NCBI GenBank assembly: GCA_947074185.1
Contig: CAMTOO010000001.1
Coordinates: 12,615-76,614 of the forward strand
DNA: 64,000 bases
Direction of reading: 5' to 3'
Source: an uncultured Negativicutes bacterium
GTDB lineage: Bacteria; Bacillota; Negativicutes; Acidaminococcales; Acidaminococcaceae
The notes below the pieces were generated by a model. It saw only the letters and a program-made list of their open reading frames with translations, did no database searches and was not told the DNA's origin. Of the stretch, positions 38,925 to 48,836 are shown piece by piece (position 1 is the first letter of the stretch; every line of letters starts with the position of its first letter). The position numbers were made by a program, and so were the translations under genes.

Positions 38925-39632
38925 CTAAAGTTTAATATTTTGCAACCATTTTTCAAATTCTTGATCTGGGCTTGGGTATTTACTACGTTCTTCTGCAGTA
39001 ATTGTTAATTTTTCACCTTTACCATTTATTATATCAGCACCTTCGATGCCTCTGCGATCTAATGAAACTCCTGGAATGACTTTTGCATTAGGCGCTGCTT
39101 TAGCTATGTCATCAAAATAATTAGCTGCGCCAAATCCTGCATGACTACAGAATGGAGCAATAATTTTTCCATCTAGTTTTGCCTCGCTAAGAAATGTTGC
39201 TACTGGTGGTGCCATTGATCCCCACCAAATTGGTGAACCTAAAAATATTACATCATATTTAGAAAGATCAGGAACTGGATTTTTTAAAGCTGGTTTAAAT
39301 CCATTTCTAACTTCTTGACGCCCTTGAGCAGAAACTGCAGCATAATCGTTACCATAAGCAACTGCTGGTCCAATTACATATACATCTCCACCTACTTTAG
39401 CTCGCAATGTTTGTGCAGTGATTATATTGTTTCCACTATAAGAAAAATATGCTATCAAAACTTTTTTCCCAGCTAAACCTGAATATTTGTCTGTGCTTCC
39501 TGCAGAAGGTGATGCTGTAGTTGTAGTAGTTACTGCAGAACTTTCTACTTTTTGAATATTGCCTTTATTACCACAGCCGATTATCATTATTGCTAAAATT
39601 AAAATACCTAAACTAAGCCATATTTTTTTCAT
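38925..39632 (-). CDS. Flavodoxin-like lipoprotein
   Basis: Lipobox IIGCG, and a flavodoxin_4-like core (LIAYFSYSGN..GSPIWWG). Confidence 0.7.
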   Translation of the reverse strand: MKKIWLSLGILILAIMIIGCGNKGNIQKVESSAVTTTTTASPSAGSTDKYSGLAGKKVLIAYFSYSGNNIITAQTLRAKVGGDVYVIGPAVAYGNDYAAVSAQGRQEVRNGFKPALKNPVPDLSKYDVIFLGSPIWWGSMAPPVATFLSEAKLDGKIIAPFCSHAGFGAANYFDDIAKAAPNAKVIPGVSLDRRGIEGADIINGKGEKLTITAEERSKYPSPDQEFEKWLQNIKL

Positions 39633-39658
39633 GTCAACCTCCTAAGTATCTTTTTTTT

Positions 39659-39689
39659 ATAATACCTTCTAGAGTTGACTCGAAGTCAA
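39659..39689 (-). promoter_or_regulatory. Promoter with 19-nt spacer and overlapping dyad (MerR-type architecture)
   Basis: On the minus strand: TTGACT (39689..39684), a 19-nt spacer, then TATTAT (39664..39659). The dyad TTGAC-TCGAA-GTCAA lies at 39675..39689. Confidence 0.4.
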
Positions 39690-39692
39690 GCA

Positions 39693-39728
39693 AAAAGCGT
39701 AGTAATTTTTAATTACTACGCTTTTTTA
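39693..39728 (-). terminator. dfx terminator (bidirectional shape)
   Basis: AAAAGCGTAGTAATT-TTT-AATTACTACGCTTTT. Confidence 0.75.
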
Positions 39729-39731
39729 TAC

Positions 39732-40121
39732 CTACTTTTTAATTTCTGTTACCCATAATCCATGCAAATTACAATATGCATATACTTCTAAAGGTTGATC
39801 ACCATCTACAAGGGCAAAGGTTGCTTCAGGTTTATCATTAAGTTCTAGGATGCGGCGTTGCCCACCTTTTTTAGTTTGAAGGTATACCCAAGCAATATGA
39901 TGCTCTGCTGTCATTGGATGTTCAACACTACCAACTTTTGCTGTTACAATAGAACCATTAACAGTAACTACAGGAACATGCTTTTCTTTAGATGCATCTA
40001 TACTGTTAGCTCTTAGTGGCTCCATTTTTTCACCACAACACATCATTGGAACACCTGCATTTAAAATCATACCTACTAAATTACCACATTTTTTACAAAT
40101 ATAAAATTTTTCGTTAGACAT
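39732..40121 (-). CDS. dfx: Desulfoferrodoxin (superoxide reductase)
   Basis: N-terminal CxxC..CC centre (YICKKCGN..MMCCGE) and C-terminal EKHVPVV..HPM..H..CNLHG. Start at ATG 40121, with GGAGGA upstream. Confidence 0.9.
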   Translation of the reverse strand: MSNEKFYICKKCGNLVGMILNAGVPMMCCGEKMEPLRANSIDASKEKHVPVVTVNGSIVTAKVGSVEHPMTAEHHIAWVYLQTKKGGQRRILELNDKPEATFALVDGDQPLEVYAYCNLHGLWVTEIKK

Positions 40122-40147
40122 TGACAGTTCCTCCTTCTTCTTAAACA

Positions 40148-41698
40148 CTAATTATCTTTTCTTTCAATCCACGGGAATTTTTCTACTAATCTTTCCTTAC
40201 CAGAATTAATATTATTAATAGCTGCCACAATGTTACCAGAAGTTGCTGATACATTATGAGAGAACGAATCCATAGCAAGCATTTCACGTTTTTTCACATC
40301 AAATACAACTTGATTTAAGTTCATATACCATCTTCTACTATCCTGCACGCTTCTACCATCAATTTCTAACACCAAAATATAATCTGCACCAGCTTCTTCG
40401 GCCTTTGAATACATTTTCAGCATATCCATTTTTTCCTGATTCATGTTATAGTTTTCATCCATTATTACAAAATTAGGTATAATACGTTCATATTCTAACA
40501 TCATAAAACGCTTAACATCAGGAACATATTTATGCTTTTCTACTGCACCAGATGTTCCGACCCATATTGCAAATGTAGGTAATTTAGGTTTAATAATTAT
40601 TTTATCCGGTGTTAACTGCTCAATACCTGCTTTAACAGCTATATCGCGCTGTTTAAAAAATTCGGTAATACTTTGATCATAATACAGTGTCATATCATGT
40701 TGATGGTTAGACCAAATCGGTGAAACATCATATTTAATATTTTCCCCAAATTGTTTATAGCCACCAAAAAATGTTTGTAAACTACCAGGTATAGGATCTG
40801 CTTTAGTTGTAATACGAATCAAATCTATGCTATCTTCATATTCTTTAACAAAAGCAGCATTTGCAATAGCTGGAGCACCAAATGTTACTACAATAAATCG
40901 ATTTTTTGCAATTCCATAGGATGCTAACTTAGAACCTACTAAAGTGGCTACTGCTCCACCTAAACTATGACCGGATAAAATTGCAAATGTGTTTTTATCT
41001 TCTAAAACGATTTGAAATAAAGGTTTATCTACTATGCCATCATTATCTGTATCAAGCATCGTTTTTAAAACGGCCTCTGAATATCTATTAAAACCTTTAT
41101 GCACTTTAGGAAACGAAGACGGCAAACCTTTTTCATCAGCAATTTTCAAAGATTCTTCAAAGCTATTTCCACCAAAAGGTTCCTGACTTGTTTTAAAATT
41201 AAGTTTCCAATCTCCTTCTGAGGCACTACCACGAAAAGCTACCAAATAAATATTTTTATCCAATTGCTTTAAATGTTTTTTGTAAATCATAAAATTAATT
41301 TCTACACCATCTAAGTTCTTTTTAACAGGCATAGATTTCCAACCATGATCACTCAAATGTTCAATTAATACAGATGTTTTCGGATCATATGCACTTAAAC
41401 AAGTTTCTGCTGCCAAGCTAATATAGTAAGAATCTAAATAAGCATCCTTTATTGCCTCTTTTCTTTCTTTCTCTTCTTGTGAACCAGCAATTTCATCCGT
41501 AATTTTTAATGCATTAGGATCTCTACCAAATACATCAGTCAGAGGAACAGTATTCCCCCTAATTTTCACATCGACTACAGGAACAAATTCTTCACCTGTT
41601 CTTATATTAGAGGCGAATATATAATTTTCGCATCCAAAAACTATGCTAAAAGCACACATTATTATAATTATTTTTCTAAATAAATTATCTCTTACCAT
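40148..41698 (-). CDS. Class 3 lipase-family (alpha/beta hydrolase) lipoprotein with extra C-terminal domain
   Basis: GHSLGGAVA nucleophile elbow and a signal/lipobox IVFGC. Start placed at ATG 41698. Confidence 0.7.
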   Translation of the reverse strand: MVRDNLFRKIIIIMCAFSIVFGCENYIFASNIRTGEEFVPVVDVKIRGNTVPLTDVFGRDPNALKITDEIAGSQEEKERKEAIKDAYLDSYYISLAAETCLSAYDPKTSVLIEHLSDHGWKSMPVKKNLDGVEINFMIYKKHLKQLDKNIYLVAFRGSASEGDWKLNFKTSQEPFGGNSFEESLKIADEKGLPSSFPKVHKGFNRYSEAVLKTMLDTDNDGIVDKPLFQIVLEDKNTFAILSGHSLGGAVATLVGSKLASYGIAKNRFIVVTFGAPAIANAAFVKEYEDSIDLIRITTKADPIPGSLQTFFGGYKQFGENIKYDVSPIWSNHQHDMTLYYDQSITEFFKQRDIAVKAGIEQLTPDKIIIKPKLPTFAIWVGTSGAVEKHKYVPDVKRFMMLEYERIIPNFVIMDENYNMNQEKMDMLKMYSKAEEAGADYILVLEIDGRSVQDSRRWYMNLNQVVFDVKKREMLAMDSFSHNVSATSGNIVAAINNINSGKERLVEKFPWIERKDN

Positions 41699-41762
41699 AT
41701 ATACCTGCTTTCTAAATAAAAACAACCTTATCTTACAACTAAATTATACCAAATTTATCAAT

Positions 41763-41802
41763 AAAAAACAAAGGGACATTTTCCTAAGAAAATGTCCCTT
41801 TG
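41763..41802 (-). terminator. csp terminator
   Basis: On the minus strand: CAAAGGGACATTTTC-loop-GAAAATGTCCCTTTG followed by TTTTTT. Confidence 0.8.
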
Positions 41803-41850
41803 GGTTCATTGAAAAATATATGCTAATTTTAAAATTAACTTATCTATATC

Positions 41851-42048
41851 TTACAAACGAACAACGTTAGCAGCTTGTTCACCGCGATCGCCTTGAACTA
41901 CGTCAAATTCTACGCCTTGACCTTCTTCAAGAGTTTTGAATCCATCAGTTTGGATTGCGGAGAAATGAACAAATACATCGCCACCATCTTCGCGTTCGAT
42001 AAAACCATAACCTTTTTCTGCATTAAACCATTTTACTTTGCCTGTCAT
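41851..42048 (-). CDS. Cold-shock protein (CspA family)
   Basis: [25 protein letters not shown]. Start at ATG 42048, with AGGAGG upstream. Confidence 0.95.
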   Translation of the reverse strand: MTGKVKWFNAEKGYGFIEREDGGDVFVHFSAIQTDGFKTLEEGQGVEFDVVQGDRGEQAANVVRL

Positions 42049-42184
42049 ATTGGGCCTCCTAAAAAATAAACTTGTTCGAGACCGAGCCTTGCTCAAATCA
42101 CTTACTCGTCCATTATATGATAATAAAAAAAATAATGCAAGTGTTTTTTTATTAATTTGATATTACATCAGAATATATCATTAT

Positions 42185-42427
42185 CTATCCTTGACATAAT
42201 TCCTCTTTATCTTTTTTGCTTAATTGCTTAATTGCGTATTCTCGTTGCATAGCCTCTTCTTTAGTATCAAAGCGTTCTTGATGAATAAGTTCCAAAGGAC
42301 CTCTGCCACGAGTATATTTAGCGCCCTTTCCACTTTTATGCATTTCTAGTCTATGTTCTAAATCATTAGTCCAACCAGTATAAAGGGAACCGTCACCACA
42401 GCGCAAAATATAAACAAAAGCTGTCAT
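42185..42427 (-). CDS. GIY-YIG nuclease family protein (UPF0213)
   Basis: YILRCGDGSLYTGWTNDLEHRLEMH. Confidence 0.85.
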   Translation of the reverse strand: MTAFVYILRCGDGSLYTGWTNDLEHRLEMHKSGKGAKYTRGRGPLELIHQERFDTKEEAMQREYAIKQLSKKDKEELCQG

Positions 42428-42428
42428 T

Positions 42429-42899
42429 TTATTTTAAGACCTCTACTTTTTCCATAACAACTTCTTCTACTGGGCGATCTCTAAAATCTGTTCTGCACAT
42501 TCCAATAGTACGAATTATTGGCATTCCTTCTACTACTTTTCCAAAAATAGCATGTTTGCCGTCAAGCCATGGTGTTGGCGCAAGTGTAATGAAAAATTGG
42601 GAACCACCAGTATTTGGACCTGCATTAGCCATAGATAAAATACCTTCATCATCATGACGTAAGCCTTCGCCAAATTCGTCTTTAATTTTATAGCCAGGAC
42701 CACCCATACCAGTTCCTGTAGGATCTCCACCTTGAATCATGAAATCTTCAATTACTCTATGAAAAACAATCCCATCATAATAACCTTTTTCAACTAATTC
42801 AATAAAATTCTTAGTTGTTAATGGTGCTTTATCCTCAAACATTTCAATAACAAATTCACCTTTGTTAGTTGTTACTTTTACTTTTCTATTTTCGCTCAT
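42429..42899 (-). CDS. ppiB: Cyclophilin-type peptidyl-prolyl isomerase
   Basis: FHRVIEDFMIQGGDP..GSQFFI. Confidence 0.93.
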   Translation of the reverse strand: MSENRKVKVTTNKGEFVIEMFEDKAPLTTKNFIELVEKGYYDGIVFHRVIEDFMIQGGDPTGTGMGGPGYKIKDEFGEGLRHDDEGILSMANAGPNTGGSQFFITLAPTPWLDGKHAIFGKVVEGMPIIRTIGMCRTDFRDRPVEEVVMEKVEVLK

Positions 42900-42901
42900 G
42901 T

Positions 42902-43789
42902 TTAATCCTCCAAATTTCTATTTTCTTTTTTATTTTTAATTAAATAAAACAACAAATAAATACCGCAACCTGATGCTGCCATCCATACTGGAACAAGCGC
43001 TTTCGCAGCTTCATCACCTTGGAACCAAGCTAACAAAAATGAACTTACCATCATAAAACCTTGTGCAGTTTGTAATCGTTGAGGAATAAGTCTAACTCCA
43101 TCTTGATCACCTTTTGCGGTTGTGTAATTTGCCATAGTAATTTCTGGTAGTAATAGAATACAAGTAATACCCATTAACCAAAGATATGATACAGAGAGTA
43201 CGGCTTTTTCACCCGTTTGAACTGCCATCGCTGCTGTAGCAAAAGCTAAACCAGAAATATATAAACTGCGGTAATATCCGCCTTTTATTTGGCTTTCAAT
43301 TATATAAGCTACACCAGTAACAATTGGATAAATCCAAAAGCCTTCTTTTCCTAACCAAAACGCCATAAGGATTATAATTGCGTTATCTCCGATTTGGTGT
43401 CTTGAACCTGAGGAACGATTTAAAAGTCTAAGGACAAATAATGCCCAAATCAAAACCGTTATAGAACCAGCTCCCCAAACAACTTGACCAACAACTGTTA
43501 ATACAGCACCAATTAAGCCACATATTTTTCTAGAAGGCTCTGGATCGAGTTCCTGTGCTATAAAAAACGAGAAAAACACATTAGCACCAGCAGCAACCGC
43601 AAATGTTCCTATAGTAGCACTTGGGTCACCTGCAATAGTGCGCCAAATAGCAAAACAAACACCGGAAATAAGTGCTAGTAAGGTTGCTTGTCTTGTGGTA
43701 GTTTCGCCTAAATTAAGAGGACGACCTAACCCAAACACCTGACTTTTATTTGAAATTGTTTTGGTATATTTATTATCTTTCTTTGCCAT
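42902..43789 (-). CDS. Polytopic membrane protein, function unknown
   Basis: About 8 hydrophobic segments. I recognise no motif. Confidence 0.6.
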   Translation of the reverse strand: MAKKDNKYTKTISNKSQVFGLGRPLNLGETTTRQATLLALISGVCFAIWRTIAGDPSATIGTFAVAAGANVFFSFFIAQELDPEPSRKICGLIGAVLTVVGQVVWGAGSITVLIWALFVLRLLNRSSGSRHQIGDNAIIILMAFWLGKEGFWIYPIVTGVAYIIESQIKGGYYRSLYISGLAFATAAMAVQTGEKAVLSVSYLWLMGITCILLLPEITMANYTTAKGDQDGVRLIPQRLQTAQGFMMVSSFLLAWFQGDEAAKALVPVWMAASGCGIYLLFYLIKNKKENRNLED

Positions 43790-43813
43790 AAATCTCCTCT
43801 AGATTGTTAATTA

Positions 43814-44365
43814 TTAAACAATCTTTTCTCCGTGATATGTTTCGCCGCCACCATCTGGTAATAAATTGTAGCGTTTAGTCCATAAATCTTTATATTTTAC
43901 TGCTTGAGCATGAATATTAGCAATATTATCTTCACTTAAGGTTTTTACTACTTTGCCTGGAATTCCAGTTACTAATGAAAATGGTGGAATGATAGTACCT
44001 TTGGTTACAACAGAACCCGCTGCTACGATAGAGCCTCTACCAACAACTGCACCATCTAAAACTGTCGCTCCCATACCGATTAAGCAATGATCTTCAACTG
44101 TACACGCATGTAAAATTGCACCATGACCAACAGTAACAAAGTCACCTACAACACATGCATAGTTATCAGCAACATGTAAACAAGAATTATCTTGAATGTT
44201 TGTGTATTCGCCAACTTCAATGCGATTTACATCACCTCTAATAGTTACATTAAACCATGCACTACTATAAGCTTTCATTTCAACTTTTCCAATGACAGAT
44301 GCTTCTTCAAACACCATTGCTTTTGCATCAATCTTAGGCATTTCGCCTTCAAATTCTTTTAACAT
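43814..44365 (-). CDS. Gamma-carbonic-anhydrase-like hexapeptide-repeat protein
   Basis: Left-handed beta-helix repeats (..IGMGATVLDGAVVG..). Start at ATG 44365 after GAGGTGAT. Confidence 0.85.
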   Translation of the reverse strand: MLKEFEGEMPKIDAKAMVFEEASVIGKVEMKAYSSAWFNVTIRGDVNRIEVGEYTNIQDNSCLHVADNYACVVGDFVTVGHGAILHACTVEDHCLIGMGATVLDGAVVGRGSIVAAGSVVTKGTIIPPFSLVTGIPGKVVKTLSEDNIANIHAQAVKYKDLWTKRYNLLPDGGGETYHGEKIV

Positions 44366-44398
44366 AATAATCACCTCGTTAAATTTTATTTATATAAT

Positions 44399-45628
44399 TT
44401 AATATATAACTTTATTGGCGACCCTTGTCTTGTAATTATAGTATGCAGCACAAATAAGTACGCATCCCGTAATAAAAAGAACGTATTTAGTAGACATCAT
44501 AGATCCCATAATGCCACCTAAAACAGGTCCAACAACACCACCAAATTGTTGTGCTGAAGTTACTAATCCAAAAGATTTTCCTCTCATAGATTTATCTGTA
44601 ACTTCCACTAAAGCAGAGTTAACATTAGGAATAGCACCTGCTAAGAACAATCCATATACAAATTGTATTATAGCAAATTGCCAAATATTTCCTATTAGCG
44701 GTTGAAATAAATTTACTATGCCTGCGCAAGCAAATACTATACTTAAAACTTTGAAAAAGCCAAAACGTTGACCTTGATTTCCCCAAAATGGTGCAGCTAA
44801 AATACCAGCTATACCACCTATAGAAAAAATCCAGCCTGCCATTTCAATAGATTTATTATCATTACCACCCATCAAATCACCAACATATATTGTTACAAGT
44901 GGTTGAATAAGCATTGTGCATACTTGTATCAAGAAAAAAATACACATTACATAGCGCAAACTTATATTACTGTATGCTTCTTTTAAATCAGCTAACATAC
45001 TTACTTTTTTAACAATAACTTCTTTGTTATGGGCACCATCTCTAACTAAGAAGAAAACCATAGTCGTAGCAAAAAGTAAACTTGCTGCACCTACAAAAAA
45101 TGACATCCTCATGCCAAACCAGGTACTTAGATATCCACCTAGTAACGGACCCATAATTGTGCCACTAGCAATTGCTGTTTGCATTAGTCCCATTCCCCAA
45201 CCCATTTTATTCTCTGGTAAAGAAGAAGATACTAAAGCAAGAGATGCTGGTACAAAACCACTAATCAAACCCGTTATTAAACGCACACCAAAAAATTGTT
45301 CTGGACTTTGTACTACTGCGCCTAACCAATAAGTTAAAGATAAACCTATACCAGCACGAATAGCCATTTTACGTTGCCCTATTTTATCAGCCCAAGCACC
45401 CCAATAAGGAGCCATGATTGATGATCCTAAAAATGTTATTGCATATACTATGCCTGACCAAAAATTAATATTTGCTTCGTCAACATGAAGTTCTTTTAAT
45501 AAATAAACTGGCAAGAAAGGAACACAACTTGTATAGCTAGCACAAGCTAGGAAAATCCCTATCCATAGCACTATTAGATTCTTTTTCCAGTTTATATCTC
45601 CACTACCTTTTTCGTCCCAAATGGACAT
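44399..45628 (-). CDS. MFS transporter
   Basis: 12 TM segments and a WADKIGQRK loop 2-3 motif. Confidence 0.88.
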   Translation of the reverse strand: MSIWDEKGSGDINWKKNLIVLWIGIFLACASYTSCVPFLPVYLLKELHVDEANINFWSGIVYAITFLGSSIMAPYWGAWADKIGQRKMAIRAGIGLSLTYWLGAVVQSPEQFFGVRLITGLISGFVPASLALVSSSLPENKMGWGMGLMQTAIASGTIMGPLLGGYLSTWFGMRMSFFVGAASLLFATTMVFFLVRDGAHNKEVIVKKVSMLADLKEAYSNISLRYVMCIFFLIQVCTMLIQPLVTIYVGDLMGGNDNKSIEMAGWIFSIGGIAGILAAPFWGNQGQRFGFFKVLSIVFACAGIVNLFQPLIGNIWQFAIIQFVYGLFLAGAIPNVNSALVEVTDKSMRGKSFGLVTSAQQFGGVVGPVLGGIMGSMMSTKYVLFITGCVLICAAYYNYKTRVANKVIY

Positions 45629-45747
45629 TTTCTCATCTCCAATTTTAAAATTACATTAAAATTATATCACATTTCCTCTTTAAGTATAGAGATTTTTAAT
45701 GTATAATTCTATATAGTATATAAAAATAATTTAAAGGATGTGAAAAA

Positions 45748-46827
45748 GTGAAATCTTTTGAAACACAAGAAATAAATAAAATAGGCTTTATAGATAAACT
45801 CTTTGGTGAAAAAGATACTGGTAATGCTTTAGTTGAAATAAATAACTTACTTGCTCAAGCTGAAAAAGCTAGCGATGTTACTCAAGCAGATATCGATGCC
45901 GCTTTCAAAAAATGGAAAGCTAAACCAGATGAAAACAATATTTCCCAACGCTCTGCAATGTTTAGAAAAGTTGCAGATATTGTTTACACAGAAGTTGTTT
46001 CTAAGGAAGATTCTTTATTTTCCGAAATAGAACACGTTGGCAATATTCTTTCTTTATCAGATGTATTAAAAAAATCTGCGATTTCCGCAGCAAAGAAAGC
46101 TGCTTATTTCTCTAGATGTAGACATATCACTGAAGGCACAGAACCTCTTACCTTAAAAGATATTAATGATATCTTTGATTATGAAGATATGGACGGACTA
46201 GAAATTCGCATTCAAATTTTCAATGGTTATGTTAATACAATTATGGAAGGTATAACCGAAGCTAAAAGCTTTTCCCCTGAAGAAGAAGAAAAATTAGTTG
46301 GCATTGCTGAAAGTTTAGATGTTCCATTAGAACTTAAACCTAATATTGCTAATGCTTTAAAACAATATCGTCAAATTTGGGGCGCAAAAAATACTGCTCT
46401 TAAACCATTAAAAATCGACTTCCCTTTAGACGATGGTGAAAGTTGCTACGCAGCAACACAAGCTGGCCTTAGCGAAAGAAAAATGGTTGAAATGGAAGAA
46501 AATTATTTCGAACTAACTCGACGTTTAGAAATAGATGAAACTATCAATTTCAAAGGAGATCAAATCGAACATCCTAAACATGAAGTTGAAGCAGTAGTTA
46601 TCAAAAACGTAGGCAATATTATTCTTACGAATAAATATGTTAGATATTCTAGTGAAGAAGACAATATCAAAATTCCAATTGCTGAACTAGAAAACGTAGA
46701 TTTAGAAGTAACACTTTTAAAATTTTCTCTTAAAAACGGTAATGAAGTGCTTATTCGCTTAAGTGATGAAGCATCTGAAATTTTCTTCATTCTCTTAAAT
46801 CGTGTTCGTGCTGAATTAATACAATAG
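45748..46827 (+). CDS. Hypothetical protein, possibly with a C-terminal bacterial PH/GRAM-like domain
   Basis: GTG start with AAAGGA upstream. No catalytic motif is recognised. The C-terminal part GNIILTNKYVRYSS..IPIAELENVDL resembles a PH-like fold. Confidence 0.55.
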   Translation: MKSFETQEINKIGFIDKLFGEKDTGNALVEINNLLAQAEKASDVTQADIDAAFKKWKAKPDENNISQRSAMFRKVADIVYTEVVSKEDSLFSEIEHVGNILSLSDVLKKSAISAAKKAAYFSRCRHITEGTEPLTLKDINDIFDYEDMDGLEIRIQIFNGYVNTIMEGITEAKSFSPEEEEKLVGIAESLDVPLELKPNIANALKQYRQIWGAKNTALKPLKIDFPLDDGESCYAATQAGLSERKMVEMEENYFELTRRLEIDETINFKGDQIEHPKHEVEAVVIKNVGNIILTNKYVRYSSEEDNIKIPIAELENVDLEVTLLKFSLKNGNEVLIRLSDEASEIFFILLNRVRAELIQ

Positions 46828-46931
46828 TTTGTGATTTTTCAGCAAACTGCATCCGTTTATTAAGGTGTTAACATCAAATTCATGCTATAATTAATTTGTA
46901 TCTATAATATTAAGCTAGGAGGTTGAAAGCT

Positions 46932-47474
46932 ATGTCAAATATTTTTATGGAAAAAAAGAAACACAGTGACTTTACTTGGGAATCACTTGGTGATATTGAA
47001 GAAGGAAGAGGTAATTTAGGGACAGAAATGCCTGTTATTGTTTACCGTCTATTCCAATACACAATAAACCATATTTTAACTAAAGAACATGGTCAACAAT
47101 TTAGTGATGAAAAATTTAGAGCTGCAGGCCTTTTAGCTGGTTCAGAATTTGCTAAAAATTGTTTGGATCTAAACCAAGACTTAAACGGTTTTATTGCACA
47201 ATTGCAACAAGTTCTTAAAGATTTAAAAATAGGTATTTTACGTGTCGAAAACTTCAACCCTTCTAATGGTGATATTACATTAACTGTTGGTGAAGATCTT
47301 GACTGTAGTGGATTACCTATTACAGGAGAAGTTGTTTGTACCTATGACGAAGGTTTTATTTCTGGTATTTTGGAAACATATACTGGTACAAAATATGACG
47401 TTAAAGAAATAGACTGCTGGTCTAGTGGTGATAGAGTTTGCCGTTTTAGAGGCGCCGTAGAACATGAAAAATAA
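46932..47474 (+). CDS. V4R (4-vinyl reductase-like) small-molecule-binding domain protein
   Basis: ..MPVIVYRLFQYT..GLLAGSEFA.. with a C-terminal Cys pair. GGAGG lies 9 nt upstream of ATG 46932. Confidence 0.6.
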   Translation: MSNIFMEKKKHSDFTWESLGDIEEGRGNLGTEMPVIVYRLFQYTINHILTKEHGQQFSDEKFRAAGLLAGSEFAKNCLDLNQDLNGFIAQLQQVLKDLKIGILRVENFNPSNGDITLTVGEDLDCSGLPITGEVVCTYDEGFISGILETYTGTKYDVKEIDCWSSGDRVCRFRGAVEHEK

Positions 47475-48684
47475 AGAAGTAAATGATATCCTTTTTCATT
47501 TTTTAAGTGATGTCCTTTACAATACCAAACATGCAGAAATGAATTTAGACGAGCTGCCTGAGGATGCCCAAGATTTAGCAAAAGGGCTCCTATATTTAAA
47601 AGAATGTGTATTAGAATTGCGTACTTTTAGCAAAGGTCTTGCTGATGGTCACATTAATACGAAACCACCAGCTAAAGATAATCCTTTAACTTGGGATATT
47701 CGTGCAATGCAAGGTTCTATTACCCACATGATTTGGCAGGCTAAACAAGTTACTCAAGGCGATTTTGATCAAAAAGTTGACTTTATGGGTGAACTTTCTG
47801 ATGTTTTTAATGCAATGACTTTAGAAATCAAAAAACGTGAAGAACGTTTAGTTGCTGAAGCTAATGTTATTGCTAAACAAAACACTAACCTAGAAAGAGC
47901 TCAAGATTTACTTAAACGTATCATTAGTTTCGTCGATGAATGGATTGTAATCATTGGGAAAAATGGTGAAACTATCTACAATAATGCTGAAACAGCTGAA
48001 AAAATTGAGATTAGTCCTTACCATCTTGAAGCTATTCGCGATAAACTATGTAACCTTCACGTCCCATCTGATGAAACTACTAGTTCTTTTGAAATTGTTT
48101 TTACTCCTGATGAGAAATATGATTCTACCTATTATTTTTCTGTTATGATGAATGAAATTCTTTGGAATAATGATACTGCACGAATTTTTATCATTAGAGA
48201 TATTTCAAAAGAAAAAGAAATAGAAAGTATTGCGTTTGTTGATAGTCTAACTAATACTAATAATCGTGCTTATGGCATGCAATATTTAAAAGAACAATTA
48301 GATGCTGGTGAAGATTTCCAAATTATCTTTATCGATATGGATATGTTGAAATTTGTTAATGATACATACGGTCATAAAGAAGGAGATACTTATATAATCT
48401 CAACAGCAAATGCCTTACGAAAATTACCAGAACCACGTACTATTTGTCGCCTAGGCGGAGATGAGTTTTTGGTTATTGCAAATTCATATGAGTACGACTA
48501 TCCAGCACTGCTAAATGAAATAACTGAAGAATTAAAAAGTGGTTGTACACAATATGAACGCAGTTTTAGTTATGGTATATCTAATACAAAGGAAGATGGT
48601 AGAAATATCAAACAACTTCTTCTTTTTGCTGATGAACGAATGTACCAACATAAATTTGCTCGTAAAAAAGAACGTAAAAATTAA
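47464..48684 (+). CDS. Diguanylate cyclase (GGDEF) with N-terminal sensory region
   Basis: The D..LT...NR.. and RLGGDEF active-site motifs are present. No RxxD I-site lies 5 residues upstream. The gene overlaps the V4R gene by 11 bp. Confidence 0.85.
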   Translation: MKNKEVNDILFHFLSDVLYNTKHAEMNLDELPEDAQDLAKGLLYLKECVLELRTFSKGLADGHINTKPPAKDNPLTWDIRAMQGSITHMIWQAKQVTQGDFDQKVDFMGELSDVFNAMTLEIKKREERLVAEANVIAKQNTNLERAQDLLKRIISFVDEWIVIIGKNGETIYNNAETAEKIEISPYHLEAIRDKLCNLHVPSDETTSSFEIVFTPDEKYDSTYYFSVMMNEILWNNDTARIFIIRDISKEKEIESIAFVDSLTNTNNRAYGMQYLKEQLDAGEDFQIIFIDMDMLKFVNDTYGHKEGDTYIISTANALRKLPEPRTICRLGGDEFLVIANSYEYDYPALLNEITEELKSGCTQYERSFSYGISNTKEDGRNIKQLLLFADERMYQHKFARKKERKN

Positions 48685-48720
48685 AAACACATTGCTTTTT
48701 AAAAGCAATGTGTTTTTTAT
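48684..48720. terminator. Bidirectional terminator
   Basis: AAAACACATTGCTTTT-AA-AAAGCAATGTGTTTT followed by TT. Confidence 0.8.
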
Positions 48721-48836
48721 TTGTATATTCTATTCATAGCCAGTATTAGCAACAACATATTTTGATGAATGCCGCCCTTACATTGCTTCATACCATCCTC
48801 ATTGTTTGATAAATCTTAGACTGCCCCCTAATTAGC

